DNA of 62,763 bases, counting the filler, from Basidiobolus ranarum (Eukaryota): NCBI GenBank assembly GCA_040143965.1. It is 31 parts of 31 records of this genome, joined end to end, with 100 filler letters (N's around TTAATTAATTAA, not from the genome) between each part and the next. Parts side by side here need not be neighbours in the genome. Positions count along the whole stretch, not along the records: positions 50,735 to 52,657 come from JASJQH010004080.1; positions 52,758 to 54,679 come from JASJQH010004081.1; positions 54,780 to 56,701 come from JASJQH010004082.1; positions 56,802 to 58,723 come from JASJQH010004083.1; positions 58,824 to 60,743 come from JASJQH010004084.1; positions 60,844 to 62,763 come from JASJQH010004085.1; 25 more parts are not named here. One strand, given 5' to 3'. Numbering within the stretch: position 1 is the stretch's first letter; each line of letters begins with the position of its first letter. This document shows, in pieces, positions 50,935 to 62,763 of the stretch. The notes under the pieces were generated by a model. The model did no database searches. It had not been told where the DNA came from and worked only from the letters and a program-made list of their open reading frames with translations. The translations under genes and the position numbers were made by a program.

Positions 50935-52657
50935 CCCTAACAAAAGTAAAATTGATTTGATCTGGATTGGATCCACCCTCCAAAATAGCAAAACCATAAG
51001 AGAACTGTCACAAAATTGGTAGCTTGCATTCTGCCAGGGATTTTGATGGTGTGATGGTGGTTTCTTGGCAGTATTTTGATGATATTCATACATGTTAAAA
51101 TATTGATCCTCAAATTTGACATGCATTATTCAATATCCAGCAATTTTTGCAAAAATCTAATTTTCAAATGCCAAATTACTAGGTTTACTGATGTAGAAAT
51201 TTGAATTAATATGCATGTGTTTATTTAGATATTTTAGGCTTTGTATTCCAGCCATAATGAGAATCAAAAAATACAAGAATCTTGTTGTGTTTAGTCTCTA
51301 CATATGCACATACTTGAGTGGTTAGACATAACTCAACAACATCAATACCCTTTACCAGCAAATTAATAGTGGAAAAATTGCTAAACATCTGAAATTTTGA
51401 ATAGTACTGACACTTGGCAAATAGCCAACTCTTGTCATCATTCACAATGAGAATAAGCTCTTGGATTTTGGCAAATTTCCGTGAAGAATTTAGCCAATAT
51501 ATCCCCAACTTGCAGTCAACAAATGTCCTGCCACAAGTAGATGTGTCATTGCTTGAATAGATTATCCCATGGCTAAAACAATTATACTATTTATCTCCAT
51601 CTATATCCAATTACAAAATCTTTGCACAGTTGCTGTATATGCCTGAGATCTGCCAATGTGAGTTAATGCTGTAAGAATATATTAACAATATTGACAAACA
51701 ACTCACAATGTTGCCAATACCTATCAGGCCAAAATCTTTTCAAAATTCCACTTGAATATACAAATCCAATACTTCCAGTCTTTGCATTTGAATAAATGCC
51801 TAGATGAGTGGATATGGATGGGAGTCCTGGTAAAATATGATGGTGTCTTGATGTCTTGATGTTTTCAAGCATTTTCCCAATCAAGTCAAACTTTGATCCT
51901 ATCTTGAATGGCTCATTCATATTGAATTTTCCACTATATTGCTGTGTTAGTAGTATTGGAATGTTGTTGAATAGTAAGTGCATAGTGCTTAATGGGAAGC
52001 TCTGGCTCCTGCTGATCCCTTTTAGTAATATATTCTTAGGCTTACAGCTAATACCAAGTTTGATGTTAGACTGACTATTTGGTGAATTGATATCAGTGAT
52101 CATGTCAAAATCTGACCAAGCTCCTGATGGTAAAATCATGGAGTTTAGTGTTGTATTTGGATAGTAGTAATGTGTAAGCTTTATCAAGTAAACTCCATTG
52201 ATTTGACAAAATCTACAGCAAGATAGTGCATTGTGCCCACAAAAACCTCCAAGTTTTCTGATGGCAGGAGTGTCACCAATACATACAGTGATATTGGCTT
52301 TAATAAAATATTCACCCATCTGAACCCTATTAGATAATTGTTCAAATTCCACAAACAAAGGCTGCAAGAGCTATCTATAAGCACTGGTGATATAGGTCCA
52401 GATATGATAGACAGTATCAAAATATTATGACTCTTATACTGTTCAGAAGGAGAAAGATTTAAGTTAATTAAAATTATTGGCCATCAAGCCTTTCCAATGG
52501 TATATTTGTTTAGCAAGAAACCAACCGGAGCCAATGCAAATGCATAATCATACATGTTCTCAAAGAAACCTTGACTTTTCAGATTCTGGTAGTGATATCC
52601 ATCAAGTATATTGGTAATACCATCAGCTTTATGGTGAGTACTTTGGTATTGGATCAA
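50935..52657 (-). mobile_element. EnSpm copy: right TIR at 50935 and decayed transposase with an internal deletion
   Basis: CIGDTPAIRKLGGFCGHNALSCCRFCQING..HYYYP, SFPLSTMHLLFNN; the left end of another copy ends at 50843. Confidence 0.9.
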
Positions 52658-52840
52658 NNNNNNNNNNNNNNNNNNNNNNNNNNNNNNNNNNNNNNNNNNN
52701 NTTAATTAATTAANNNNNNNNNNNNNNNNNNNNNNNNNNNNNNNNNNNNNNNNNNNNCATTAGTTAAGAAACTACAAAAGTAGTTATGGCTTCTTTGTTT
52801 TGTTTGAAATAAAGATTTCACCTTTTGGTGACTGTCTCCC

Positions 52841-52860
52841 CCCTAACCCTAACCCTTACC
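52841..52860 (+). repeat. Short interstitial telomere-like tract CCCTAACCCTAACCCTTACC
   Basis: Read directly; related tracts at 53117-53130 and ~5192-5217 (rc). Confidence 0.6.
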
Positions 52861-54424
52861 AGAACATCTATACCCAAATGACTCAGAGGTTAATACTGAT
52901 TGGATAATGATCATGTGATTGGTCATATGATCTGATAGAAGGGATACAAAAATAGATAGTTAGTCATGTGATAAGTGACATGATAGGGTCACTGGATAAG
53001 GTCAGGTGACTAGTTAGCGTTGATGATAAACTAAACAGATATTCAAGCAAGTTGTATAGATATGGTGTAAGTTAAACAACTTTATATGTTGATGCACAAC
53101 ACCTGGTACTTTTCATCCCCCTAACCTTACATGGATTCATTGAGATGGGAAATATATTTAGATATCCTGATTGAACACCTTGTTATATTGCATTCTGCAA
53201 CCTACTTAGCTTAGTATCAATGTTGAGCTTACATTGATGTAGCTTTTTAAATCAAATTCATGGCAACAGTGACATTTAATGCAAGTATGGCTGAATTCAT
53301 CCCATGTATAGTAAGTATGGACTGGTTGTAATGAATCACTAGGTTTTCTAGTAAAAGGGAGCTCATAAAATCCATTCTCAATGGCAAATCCAAGTACCAA
53401 AGCGATAGAAGAGATCAAGATTGTCATTCGCGCTTCAACCGGTTTAGTTTTCACCTGGAGAGAAGAATTTTTATTTGATATTGGCGTCATGAGGATACAG
53501 ATAAGGGCTTCGGTAATAAATCTATCAACTTCACCTACTTCATTGATTTGAGGCATGATTATGTTTTCACACAGTTATTTGGTTTTGTTTTATATCGTTA
53601 AACTAGTTCAAATTTGATTTGGCATCCACGAAAATGGTTACTGCCAATTGAGTAGCTTCTATTATCCCTAATATACGTATTAACCGAGTGTCAAAGGTAC
53701 TAACATGCTACGATTTGGGGGTTCTTATTTGGCATTTGTACATGACCATACTCAATCTTGAGTTATACTAAAGAATTATACGAGCTTCTTAAGGATTTAA
53801 GAAGTGATGTAACCTTCTATATTGGCGCATTATAATGCCAAAAAACCTAAGCTGCTGAGCAGTATTAGCTAACTCTTGGAAATCAGTTCCTTCTTACCTT
53901 ATGTTATTTGAGGGTTTAGTTTTCACGCTCTTAGCATTGTTACCTCCATGCATGCCATTTTTCCCACTCAACGCTGAAACTTTAGAGATTGACTACGTAG
54001 ATAAACATCTACGAAATAGTTTGATCCTCTTTCATCACAATTCACAAGGAAATCCACCCATATCATAGATATAATTGACCTATGTGACTATATCGATTTG
54101 ATATTAGCGATACATATTAGTTTTCTCAAACTCCACCCACCAGCTCAAGTGACTGGTAAAACCCAGTTGGAAACACATCACTGCATTCAAATGCGTATTA
54201 ATTACTGAAATCTATATTCCAACTGATCACATACTTCAGCCATATATTACTAAATCTTGGTGCATATTTTGACACATTGCTAAAGAAACTGGATTAACAT
54301 ATGTCAATTCTGCATTTAACGATCAGAAATGGATTTTTATTCAAAGAAATATAAAGATTCCACATAAATCAACATATTTAATTGGAGCTCATCCTAAATG
54401 AACCGAGTATAGCTACTAGTGCAG

Positions 54425-54679
54425 CTAGGAAGCAAAATCCTTCAACAACTTATGCCCAAGAACAAATGATATCTCCGCTATTTGCTTGGCAGACAGTACC
54501 TTTGGCACATACTTGTTGGACAGTTCTTCCATGAGAACAAGTCTCAAACACTCCGGTCTTCCCAGGACTGACGCACCTTCTATCAAAGTTGCATCCAGTG
54601 TTGGTATTGGCTTCACCTTTGTCACTCTCAGTAGTATTTTGATCCTCTGGTGATTCAGTATTACCACTTTGGTTTCCTG
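54425..54679 (-). CDS. C-terminus of an unidentified protein (truncated)
   Basis: Open from the contig edge to TAG (~84 codons), CpG-intact, no recognised motif. Confidence 0.4.
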   Translation of the reverse strand, partial: QETKVVILNHQRIKILLRVTKVKPIPTLDATLIEGASVLGRPECLRLVLMEELSNKYVPKVLSAKQIAEISFVLGHKLLKDFAS

Positions 54680-54779
54680 NNNNNNNNNNNNNNNNNNNNN
54701 NNNNNNNNNNNNNNNNNNNNNNNTTAATTAATTAANNNNNNNNNNNNNNNNNNNNNNNNNNNNNNNNNNNNNNNNNNNN

Positions 54780-55210
54780 GGTAGATCTCTCTCTTGAATA
54801 CTCTGCCACTCCTGATGCACAAAATTTGAAGGCTACAGTGATGCTGACTTGGGAAGATACCTTGATGATAGAATATCAACATCTGGGTACATATTTCTCT
54901 ATGGTAATGGAGCAATAACTTGAAACAGTTAGAAGCAACCAACAATAGAACTTTTCACTACAGAAGCTGAGTATATGGCTGCCTCTGCTACTATACAAGA
55001 AGCAAAAACATTCTATAACTGTATTTCAATAGCTAAAAACCCTACATACCATGCTAGAGTATAATATATAGCTACTAGGCATCATTTTGTTAGAGTAGCA
55101 ATAGAAAATGATATAAATGAACCTATCAATTACCCTACTGAAGGAATAATTGGTGACATCTTGACCAAACCTTTAGCCAAAGCACAATTTGAATTATTCA
55201 GATAAGAGTT
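54780..55210 (+). pseudogene. Decayed copia RNase H
   Basis: GYSDADLGRYLDDRISTSGYIF, TTEAEYMAAS, DILTKPL. Confidence 0.85.
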
Positions 55211-56134
55211 AGATTCAAGAGAAATGCAAAATAACTTGATGTGTGAGAAAATTGAAATTAGGTAAATAGCAACTAATTATTTATTAGTTAGATTGCTCAC
55301 ATTCTGATTATTTAGCACTCATTTCTGCCATTCAAAAATGTTTGCCTCTTGCTCTAATTGATAGAAATATGAATTAGATCACTTTTACCGATTTTCACTA
55401 TTTCCACCAAACTTCTCCAAATCTCCTCAAATCATCACCCATGCTTAACAGGCATGTTTGTCATGAACTAAGCCCATCCATTAGTCCTATTACATAGTAA
55501 ACTATAAATAAAACATATTCAGTTCAATAAAACTTCAATTTCTAATTCACAAAGCCAGATCTTGTCAAAAACACTTCCAAGTCCACTAAACACTTTTACC
55601 AGTTGGCATGAGTTATTGAATTTCCAACTTTTTTGAAAAAAACTAATTTTTGAATGGCAAATTGCTGGGCCTACTAATATGGGTATTTGAGTTTATATGC
55701 ATTTCTTAATTTAGATATTCTGGGTTTTGTACTCTAACCACAATGTAAATCAGAAAATGGAAAACACTTGTCATGTTTAGTCTCTACATATATACATATT
55801 TGACTGATGAGACTTAACTCACCAACATCAGTATGCTTTATGACCAAACCAACAATGGATAAATTGCTAATCATTTGAAATTTTGAATAGCACTGACACT
55901 TGGCAAATAGCTAACTCTTGTTACTATTTGAAATGAGAATAAGGTCCTGGATTGTGGCAAATTTCCATATAGAATTCAGCCAAAATACCTCCTGTTTGTA
56001 GTCAACAAATGTCCTGCCACGTGTAGATACATCATTAGTAGAATAGATTACCCATGGCTAAAACATTGATCAATTGTATTTTGATCTATATCATCATGAA
56101 TTCTGTCTTGCAGCTTTTCTAGAAATACCATCAT

Positions 56135-56701
56135 TATCAATTGCTCTCAATTGGAATTTACTTAGAATACTTTTACCAACTTAGAAGTTCTCAGATATAT
56201 AGAGTTTTTAAACTTCTGCTGGAAGCCCCAAACTTTGCACACATGTTCCTGGGACTTTCCTTAAAACATTCTACACATTGATTTGTTTAAAACTTGACAA
56301 AACTATAAATGTCAATTTTCTACTCAATAAATCAACAAGTGAAAACACCAATTCTTCTGATTCTCCAAACCGCTTCCAACAGGCTCCTAAATACATAAAC
56401 AGGTTATGAGCCCCAAGCTTGCACTCTCTGTAATGTCTACTTCTCAAATTTATGGAACTTTTCCCTCTTCTGAAAAATTGGATGGAACCAATTATCAAGT
56501 TTGGAAAATTAAAATGAAAATGCTGCTGCAAGAAAAAGGACTTTGGGACACTGTTTTAGGAGAAGAAAACAATGCAAAACTATCTGAAACCAAAGTTTTA
56601 CTCCAGGTTAAAAAAGAACAAAGTGCCTTCAACACAATTTGTCTTAATGTTAAAGACAAATTGCTAATTCAATGTTCAAGAGCTAAAACTGCCAAGAAGG
56701 T
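56135..56701 (+). mobile_element. Copia partial 5' LTR, PBS (56402-56413) and gag start
   Basis: GGTTATGAGCCC; MSTSQIYGTFPSSEKLDGTNYQVWKIKMKMLL. Confidence 0.88.
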
Positions 56702-56801
56702 NNNNNNNNNNNNNNNNNNNNNNNNNNNNNNNNNNNNNNNNNNNNTTAATTAATTAANNNNNNNNNNNNNNNNNNNNNNNNNNNNNNNNNNNNNNNNNNN
56801 N

Positions 56802-58723
56802 AACAAAGGGCTCTTTTCAATGTACCCATGGGTTTTTGCGTTGTTTGAGCACAATAACCGCAACAAAGCCCAATCCATGGATACAGAGCAAGTATCTCTA
56901 TAATTGGACTAATTTGCTTTTGTGATAATCTGACTGTACTTTTGGGAAAGCTGCAAAGCAGACTTCTTGGTCAGGTAGATCAAGATATGCAGTATTATTG
57001 TTTTAGCCATGAGGTAATCTATTCCAGCAATGACACATCTACTTGTGGTATGACATTTGTTGACTGTAAGTTGGGGATATGTTGGCTGAATTTTTTATGG
57101 AAATTTGCCAAAATCCAAGAGCTTATTCTCATTGTGAATGGTTTCAAGAGTAAGCTATTTGCCAAGTGTCAGTGCTATTCAAAATTTCAGATGTTTAGCA
57201 TTTTTTCCACTGTTAGTTTGCTGGTAAAGCATATTGAGGTTGTCGAGTTATGTCTAATTAGTCAAATATGTGCATATGTAGAGACTAAACACTACAAGAT
57301 TCTTGTATTTTGTGATTCTCATTATGGCTGGAATGCAAAGCCTAAAATATCAAAATAAAGGCATGCATATTAAATCAAATTCCTTCTGCAGTAAACCCAG
57401 TAAATAAATGGTGAATCCCCATGGATTAAAATTGTGATGGTTTTTCTACAATAACAATCCTCAAATTTCTGTTAGGGATCAGTGTTGTTATACACAAGGC
57501 TTTGGGCAGCTGGTGGCTTTGTACAGTGACCATGCTTGTGAATTTTTTTCTATGAAGCCTCCATCTTTCATAGCACAAGAATTTGTGACATTAAAAGCAG
57601 GGCTTTTTCAAACATTTGTGTTGTGGCAAGAGAAGGATATTGTAAAACCGTAACCAAAATTTGAGGAAAACCATCACAATTTTAATCCATTTGGGGTTAA
57701 CCGTTTACTTACCATCGTAAAATCATCAAGTTAGATTTGATTTTAATTAATTTTTTCAGTTTCCAGAGTGAAATTTCAAGCTCTTGCAAAATAGTTGCAT
57801 TTGATTGGCTACAATCTCAGAGAACTCTGGATCAACACAGGTGCAAAAAATGTAACTCATAATTTACACAATTACCACTTGAACACTAATTTGTCACCTT
57901 CAAAATCTCTAGTCTTGTTGATATATTCTCCTGTATATTTTTATAGAGTTCTTCATACCCAACACAAGTTTGTATCAATATCTCCATCAAAGCCCACCAT
58001 AGTATTAATGTTGCTGAGTCAACATTCTTCCAGCTGTCTGGCAGATGCCCTGCAATATTGTGCCACTCTGTTTCAAGTTCTTCCCAGATATCTGCATGCT
58101 CAACACCAGACTGAATGTCAAGTTGAATGTTCTTCTTCTGAAGCTACTTTCTGCATACTTGCACTGTGTATTTCCCTTCACACTTTTGAAAATACTCCTC
58201 AAGAACTTTGACTAATTTTGTACATCCTTGTAGTGTGATACTACTGAGGGTGCTTGGCAGTGTTTGTGCAGTTTTTTGCTTGCCTTTAACTTTGGTGCTA
58301 ATTTCAACCCTTCTACAAGTACCAATTGGGGTTGGAGAGCCATGAGTTTTATTTGCTTGTGTTTTGGCTTGTTGAGAGGTGCCAGGGGTTGGATAAACTT
58401 CCTAATTTAGTACTCTTCCAACTGATGTACCCAGTTCCATGGTGAAATTAAGCTTTTTTGCCAGTATATTTGACTCTGAGAAGGCGGATCTTCATAATGG
58501 TGTGAAGGATTTGGTAAGTGGGACAGTAGAGCCAAAACTCACTGGCTCCATTGCCTTTCCCTTGAGTTTATTAACTTCCTGCTCCTTGAGTACTTCTTGA
58601 GTTGCTTTTCTTTATTTTCCAAGTTCACAATTGTATACATTTTTGACATGTTTCATAAGTAGGCCTATACTAGCCCAATTGCCATTTGCTTGCAAAAACT
58701 CCGGATAAGCCATATCAAATAAG
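56802..58723. mobile_element. Mosaic of nested EnSpm pieces (right arm, left end at 57477 rc, left arm with ORF2)
   Basis: Blocks homologous to 34600-35225, 25440-25496, 35910-36060 and 6606-7650. Confidence 0.8.
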
Positions 58724-58823
58724 NNNNNNNNNNNNNNNNNNNNNNNNNNNNNNNNNNNNNNNNNNNNTTAATTAATTAANNNNNNNNNNNNNNNNNNNNN
58801 NNNNNNNNNNNNNNNNNNNNNNN

Positions 58824-60380
58824 TTGGTAAGAATCTTTATTGATAACTGGCATTGATCAGACTGAGGTCCAATCAAGGAATACATGGGGCTTATATAAAT
58901 ATTGCAGGTGAAACATAATATACTGATAGGGAATGTACTGTGGCAAGTTCATGTAATGGGGTGTTGGGGACTACAAGGACCAATACAAAGAGGGATGATG
59001 TAACAATGATCCGCTGACCTTCCATGGCAGGTCTTGGCAGAAATACTCTATGTGTGAGATGACATTATTGGATAGGTTTCATGGAATGTCCAAATTAATA
59101 TGACTTCCATACAAGGTAACCTGGATGAACTAACACAAGATTGCCAAGAAGGGATGGCACAGCAGATATGATGTTATAATCTAATAATAGAAGAGTTCTA
59201 TTTGCAGTGGATCAGTATGCTATGATCATAATCATGATAGTATCCTCTCCTTTAGTGATGGCTTCCAGACATCATAGGGCCAGATTTTTCTGGGTAGGCT
59301 TCATGAAACTCCTGGCAAAGTTCCTTAAAATTGGAGAGATGTGTTACTCGCTCCCATGATTGATCATTTGTTGAGCATCCCTTCCAGTCCCCTAAATATT
59401 GCAATAATAAATTCAGGAATCTAGAATTTGTTAACTTTGTATTCAGGATGTTCTTCCACTTAGATTGCTGGGGGTAGGTCAATGGATTGACCCTGGGAGA
59501 TGTATCTGGCATTTGGCTCTAGGAGAGACACATGGAATACATTGTGGACTTTGAAGTGGACTGGGAGTTCAAGGTGGAAGGCTATGGAATTGATTTGCTT
59601 AATAATCTTAAAAGGCCCTGGTCTTTTATGATCAAGTTTATAACAAGGTGTGGTGGTTTTGATATTTTTCTGGAGTAGCCAAACATAATCACCTGGCTTG
59701 AGATCTGGGCTTGGTTTTCTTGCCTTATTGGAAAAGTTCTTGTATTGGGATTGAGCATGCTCTGACTTAGACATTAACTGTTTATGGATGTCCTTAAGGA
59801 AAGTGGCTTGGTCTGAGGCAGTAGGGAAAGGAAGATTAGATGTTGGGTGAATTGTAAAACAAGGATGGAATTCATAATTTGTAAAGTAAGGAGTTTGTGT
59901 TGTTGAAGTATGAAAAGAGTTGTTGTGAGGAAATTCTGCAAGAGGCCAGAGTTGTGTCCAATCATCCTGATTATAGTTGATGGTACATGGCAAATATTGT
60001 TCCAAAACTTGGTTGACTCTTTCTGTTTGGCCATCAGACTGGGGATGGAAGGCAGTGGAGAGATTGGCTGAGATACCCAAGATGTGGAGGAGACTTTCCA
60101 GGATTTGGAAGCAAACTGAGGTCCTCAGTGTGAGATGATAGTTTTAGGGAGTCTATGTAGGCAGAATATGTTTTGAGTTACCAATTCTGCTGTTTGTTTT
60201 GCATCAAAGATTTGTTGGAGGGTACCAAGTTGGCCATCTTTGTTAGATGGTCAACAATTATCAGAATTGAATCATATTTGGTGGACAAGGGTAGATCAGT
60301 TATGAAATCCAGGGATATGGATTTCCGCTGCTGAACAGGAATTGGAAATGGCTGTATGAGGCCATAGTGCTGATGTAGCA
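58824..60380 (-). mobile_element. Decayed gypsy chromovirus integrase-chromodomain, PPT and 3' LTR
   Basis: SLDFITDLPLS, STAFHPQSDGQTERVNQVLEQYL, GPFKI, HNVFHVSLLEP, QYLGDWKGCSTNDQSWE. Confidence 0.93.
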
Positions 60381-60429
60381 AAATATTATTTGTTGTTATG
60401 ATACAATAAAATTTTAATCAACAGCAAAA

Positions 60430-60743
60430 TAATGATCAAGAAGAAGGAATTAACAAGGAGAATAATTTCAAAGATAAAGTAAAGAGATATATTTAAAAGG
60501 GGATAAGGGAAGCATTAGAAAGAGGGAATAAAAAGGAAGAGAGATGAAAAGAGGGAATAAGAAGGGAGAGGGAAAGATAGAGGTGAGAAAGTGAATAAGG
60601 TAAGTAAGGAAAAAAAAGTGGCAAAAAAGTGTGTAAAAAAGGAAAAAACAGAGGGGTCAAATGCAGAGAGTAAAGAAAGGGAAAATGGGAGATAAAAGAG
60701 AAAGAAGAGAGAAGAAGGGAAAAATGGGGAAGGGATAGAAAGA
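60430..60743 (+). repeat. GA-rich low-complexity polypurine tract
   Basis: Almost exclusively A and G over ~300 nt. Confidence 0.85.
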
Positions 60744-61986
60744 NNNNNNNNNNNNNNNNNNNNNNNNNNNNNNNNNNNNNNNNNNNNTTAATTAATTAAN
60801 NNNNNNNNNNNNNNNNNNNNNNNNNNNNNNNNNNNNNNNNNNNCCCAGACACACTGGAAATACTTTTTAACGAACCATACAATGTTCATGTGGAGTACGG
60901 CTTTTTTGAAGCGATAGCCAATTTGGCAGTAGCTCAAGTATTGCACAAATATGCGTACAAAAGAAACAGTATCTCTAAGCTACTGTACAAAGGCCTACTT
61001 CGCAAGGGTAAACCTCGTTTCAAGTATTATTGCTCCTCTAAAAACTACTCTATGCTTTTAAAGACATTTACACAATCTGATGAAAGCTCTGAACGTTTAC
61101 ACAATAATGCTAACAAGAATCGACGCGGGCTTTATGCCAACCCATTTCGAGAATACAGCGACTTTTCTAGAGATGGCGCGCTCGTCATATGTTGGGTTTT
61201 ATGACCAAGATACTTTTAACACTATTGAAATTTGTAATTCTCAAGTTGCATTTTCTACCAATCATTTAATGAGGTACCGAACATATGGAGTAACTGGCCT
61301 ATCAAAACAAACCTGCGCCTTTGATAAGATTGTAAGAATGATCAAACAAAATCTAGCAGCAGTTCATATAGATCTGCTTCTTCATGAGTTGAACAACAAG
61401 TTTAAACGCAAATAGTTACTCCTGCCAGTAGATTGCAATGTTAATTAAAAATTAATAAAAGTTGTGCTTTTGCTATCAAAAACGCTCAGAATACATATTA
61501 AGCCTATAGTGATGCTAGGGAGAATAATGTTAGGTTGAGTGTGTGGAGCCAATATAATTGCTATATTCCTATGCTTAAAACTAGTTGTAAAGTATTTGAA
61601 CATGGGATTTGGTGACTTTGGTTTAACGACTTATTGAGTTTGAAGTTGACATTTATCCTTTCGCTAAGAAGCAAACAAACCAACACATTGCGGGAGCTTG
61701 TTGGCCTCAAATATGACTTTTATTCAAAGATATTGAAGGGAATTTATCATATTAGGGTACCACATTGGTCCAGTCATGGAAGAGAACTCATAATGAGCAT
61801 CAAAGGAGGTATATTGTATTATTCTATATTCTAATAGGTCGACGAAGTTATGCAAAAAAATTGAGAATCAAGTACATAAAGCGATATTTTGAACAAAAGG
61901 CGATACAAAAGCAAGACCAAGACCGAAGTTGATTGTAAAGACAAAATATGAAAATGAGAAATCGGATAACATAACCGTTGACAAAT

Positions 61987-62763
61987 CTACCAACTGTAAT
62001 CAAATCTGGACAGAGTTTCTGTGGCATCTTCAACATCTTTCTGTGCTTTCTTCCTCATATAAAATATGGGGCAATCCTTACTTGCACATAGAATATCTTG
62101 ATGCAAGCTCCCTTGACATCTTTGACACTGAGTCCAAAGTCGTGAGTAGCGAACCTCCATTTCATTCGTCAAATTCAGTTGTTTTTGGTATAATTCTGCT
62201 TCCCTTGATTTACAATGAACACAAACGGCATGTTCGTTTTTCTTCAACGGTGATTTACAACCAAGACAGAGTGCTGTCTTGACCGTAAATTTCATAAGAC
62301 CGCCGGTTTTAGGTGTTGCGAGTTGAATAGTTCGAGTATGATCACCATTCAACAGACTCACTGCCTTTTCTCCTAATATAGGCTCAAAGATTCGTAGCAA
62401 GGGTTTTGATAATTGATTGTCCAGATAGTATCTAGTATCAATTGGTATGTTGTGCTCTAAAACATAGAGTGGATCTTCGGATTTTTCGTAAGCAGCTGCC
62501 TTTTTAGACCCCATTATAATGACGTATGCTACACGGTCGCCTAGTGTGGGTGCAGACCCAGCATCGCGCTTTTTCATTCTTTCAGCCAATTCCACATGAG
62601 CTTGTTTACCAGCATAATCAGTTTTACTCAAAGCTTTAGTAATGACTAATTGAGACATGTCGATTTTATTTTGCAGAAGATCGGATATGACTTCTTTAGT
62701 GTAATCCAAAGCTGCTTGTACATCTCGATCAATCAAAATTTTACGAAGGCAAGTGGTAATTAC
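61987..62763 (-). CDS. POL3: DNA polymerase delta catalytic subunit, C-terminal part
   Basis: [59 protein letters not shown], CysA (CLGC..CVHC) and CysB ([19 protein letters not shown]). Confidence 0.97.
   Translation of the reverse strand, partial: VITTCLRKILIDRDVQAALDYTKEVISDLLQNKIDMSQLVITKALSKTDYAGKQAHVELAERMKKRDAGSAPTLGDRVAYVIIMGSKKAAAYEKSEDPLYVLEHNIPIDTRYYLDNQLSKPLLRIFEPILGEKAVSLLNGDHTRTIQLATPKTGGLMKFTVKTALCLGCKSPLKKNEHAVCVHCKSREAELYQKQLNLTNEMEVRYSRLWTQCQRCQGSLHQDILCASKDCPIFYMRKKAQKDVEDATETLSRFDYSW

Noticed and set aside
53206-53556. 116-aa minus-strand ORF
   Set aside because: No recognisable motif, and its 3' half runs into CpG-poor repeat-like DNA; not supportable as a gene.
61987-62763. 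Viral family B polymerase partnering the split RNAP
   Set aside because: Canonical eukaryotic Pol delta with CysA and CysB motifs, on an unrelated contig.

Overview
This is not one locus. It is a size-sorted concatenation of 31 small contigs (1936 bp falling to 1920 bp) joined by artificial 100-nt linkers (N44-TTAATTAATTAA-N44), so adjacency across linkers means nothing. The DNA is eukaryotic and fungal, probably from an early-diverging lineage (short GT-AG introns, PMR1, POL3, 7TM-RGS, Con-6-like genes). About two thirds of the contigs are nested, CpG-depleted, decayed transposons: a CMC/EnSpm (CACTA-type) family with CCCTAACA termini, Ty1/copia elements with a half-tRNA primer site, Ty3/gypsy chromoviruses, solo LTRs and a 182-bp MITE. 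The rest carry host genes or gene fragments (PMR1, P1B ATPase, MICOS Mic26-like, enoyl-CoA isomerase, P450, 7TM-RGS, POL3) and an 84-bp palindromic tandem array. The standout is contig 32514-34439. It is compact, intronless and CpG-intact, and encodes a stand-alone, highly divergent C-terminal half of the RNA polymerase largest subunit between two orphan ORFs that share an ATAAATCAT start motif. The best interpretation is a fragment of a large DNA virus (endogenous or co-sequenced) associated with this fungus. All family calls come from motif recognition by eye, not from database searches.
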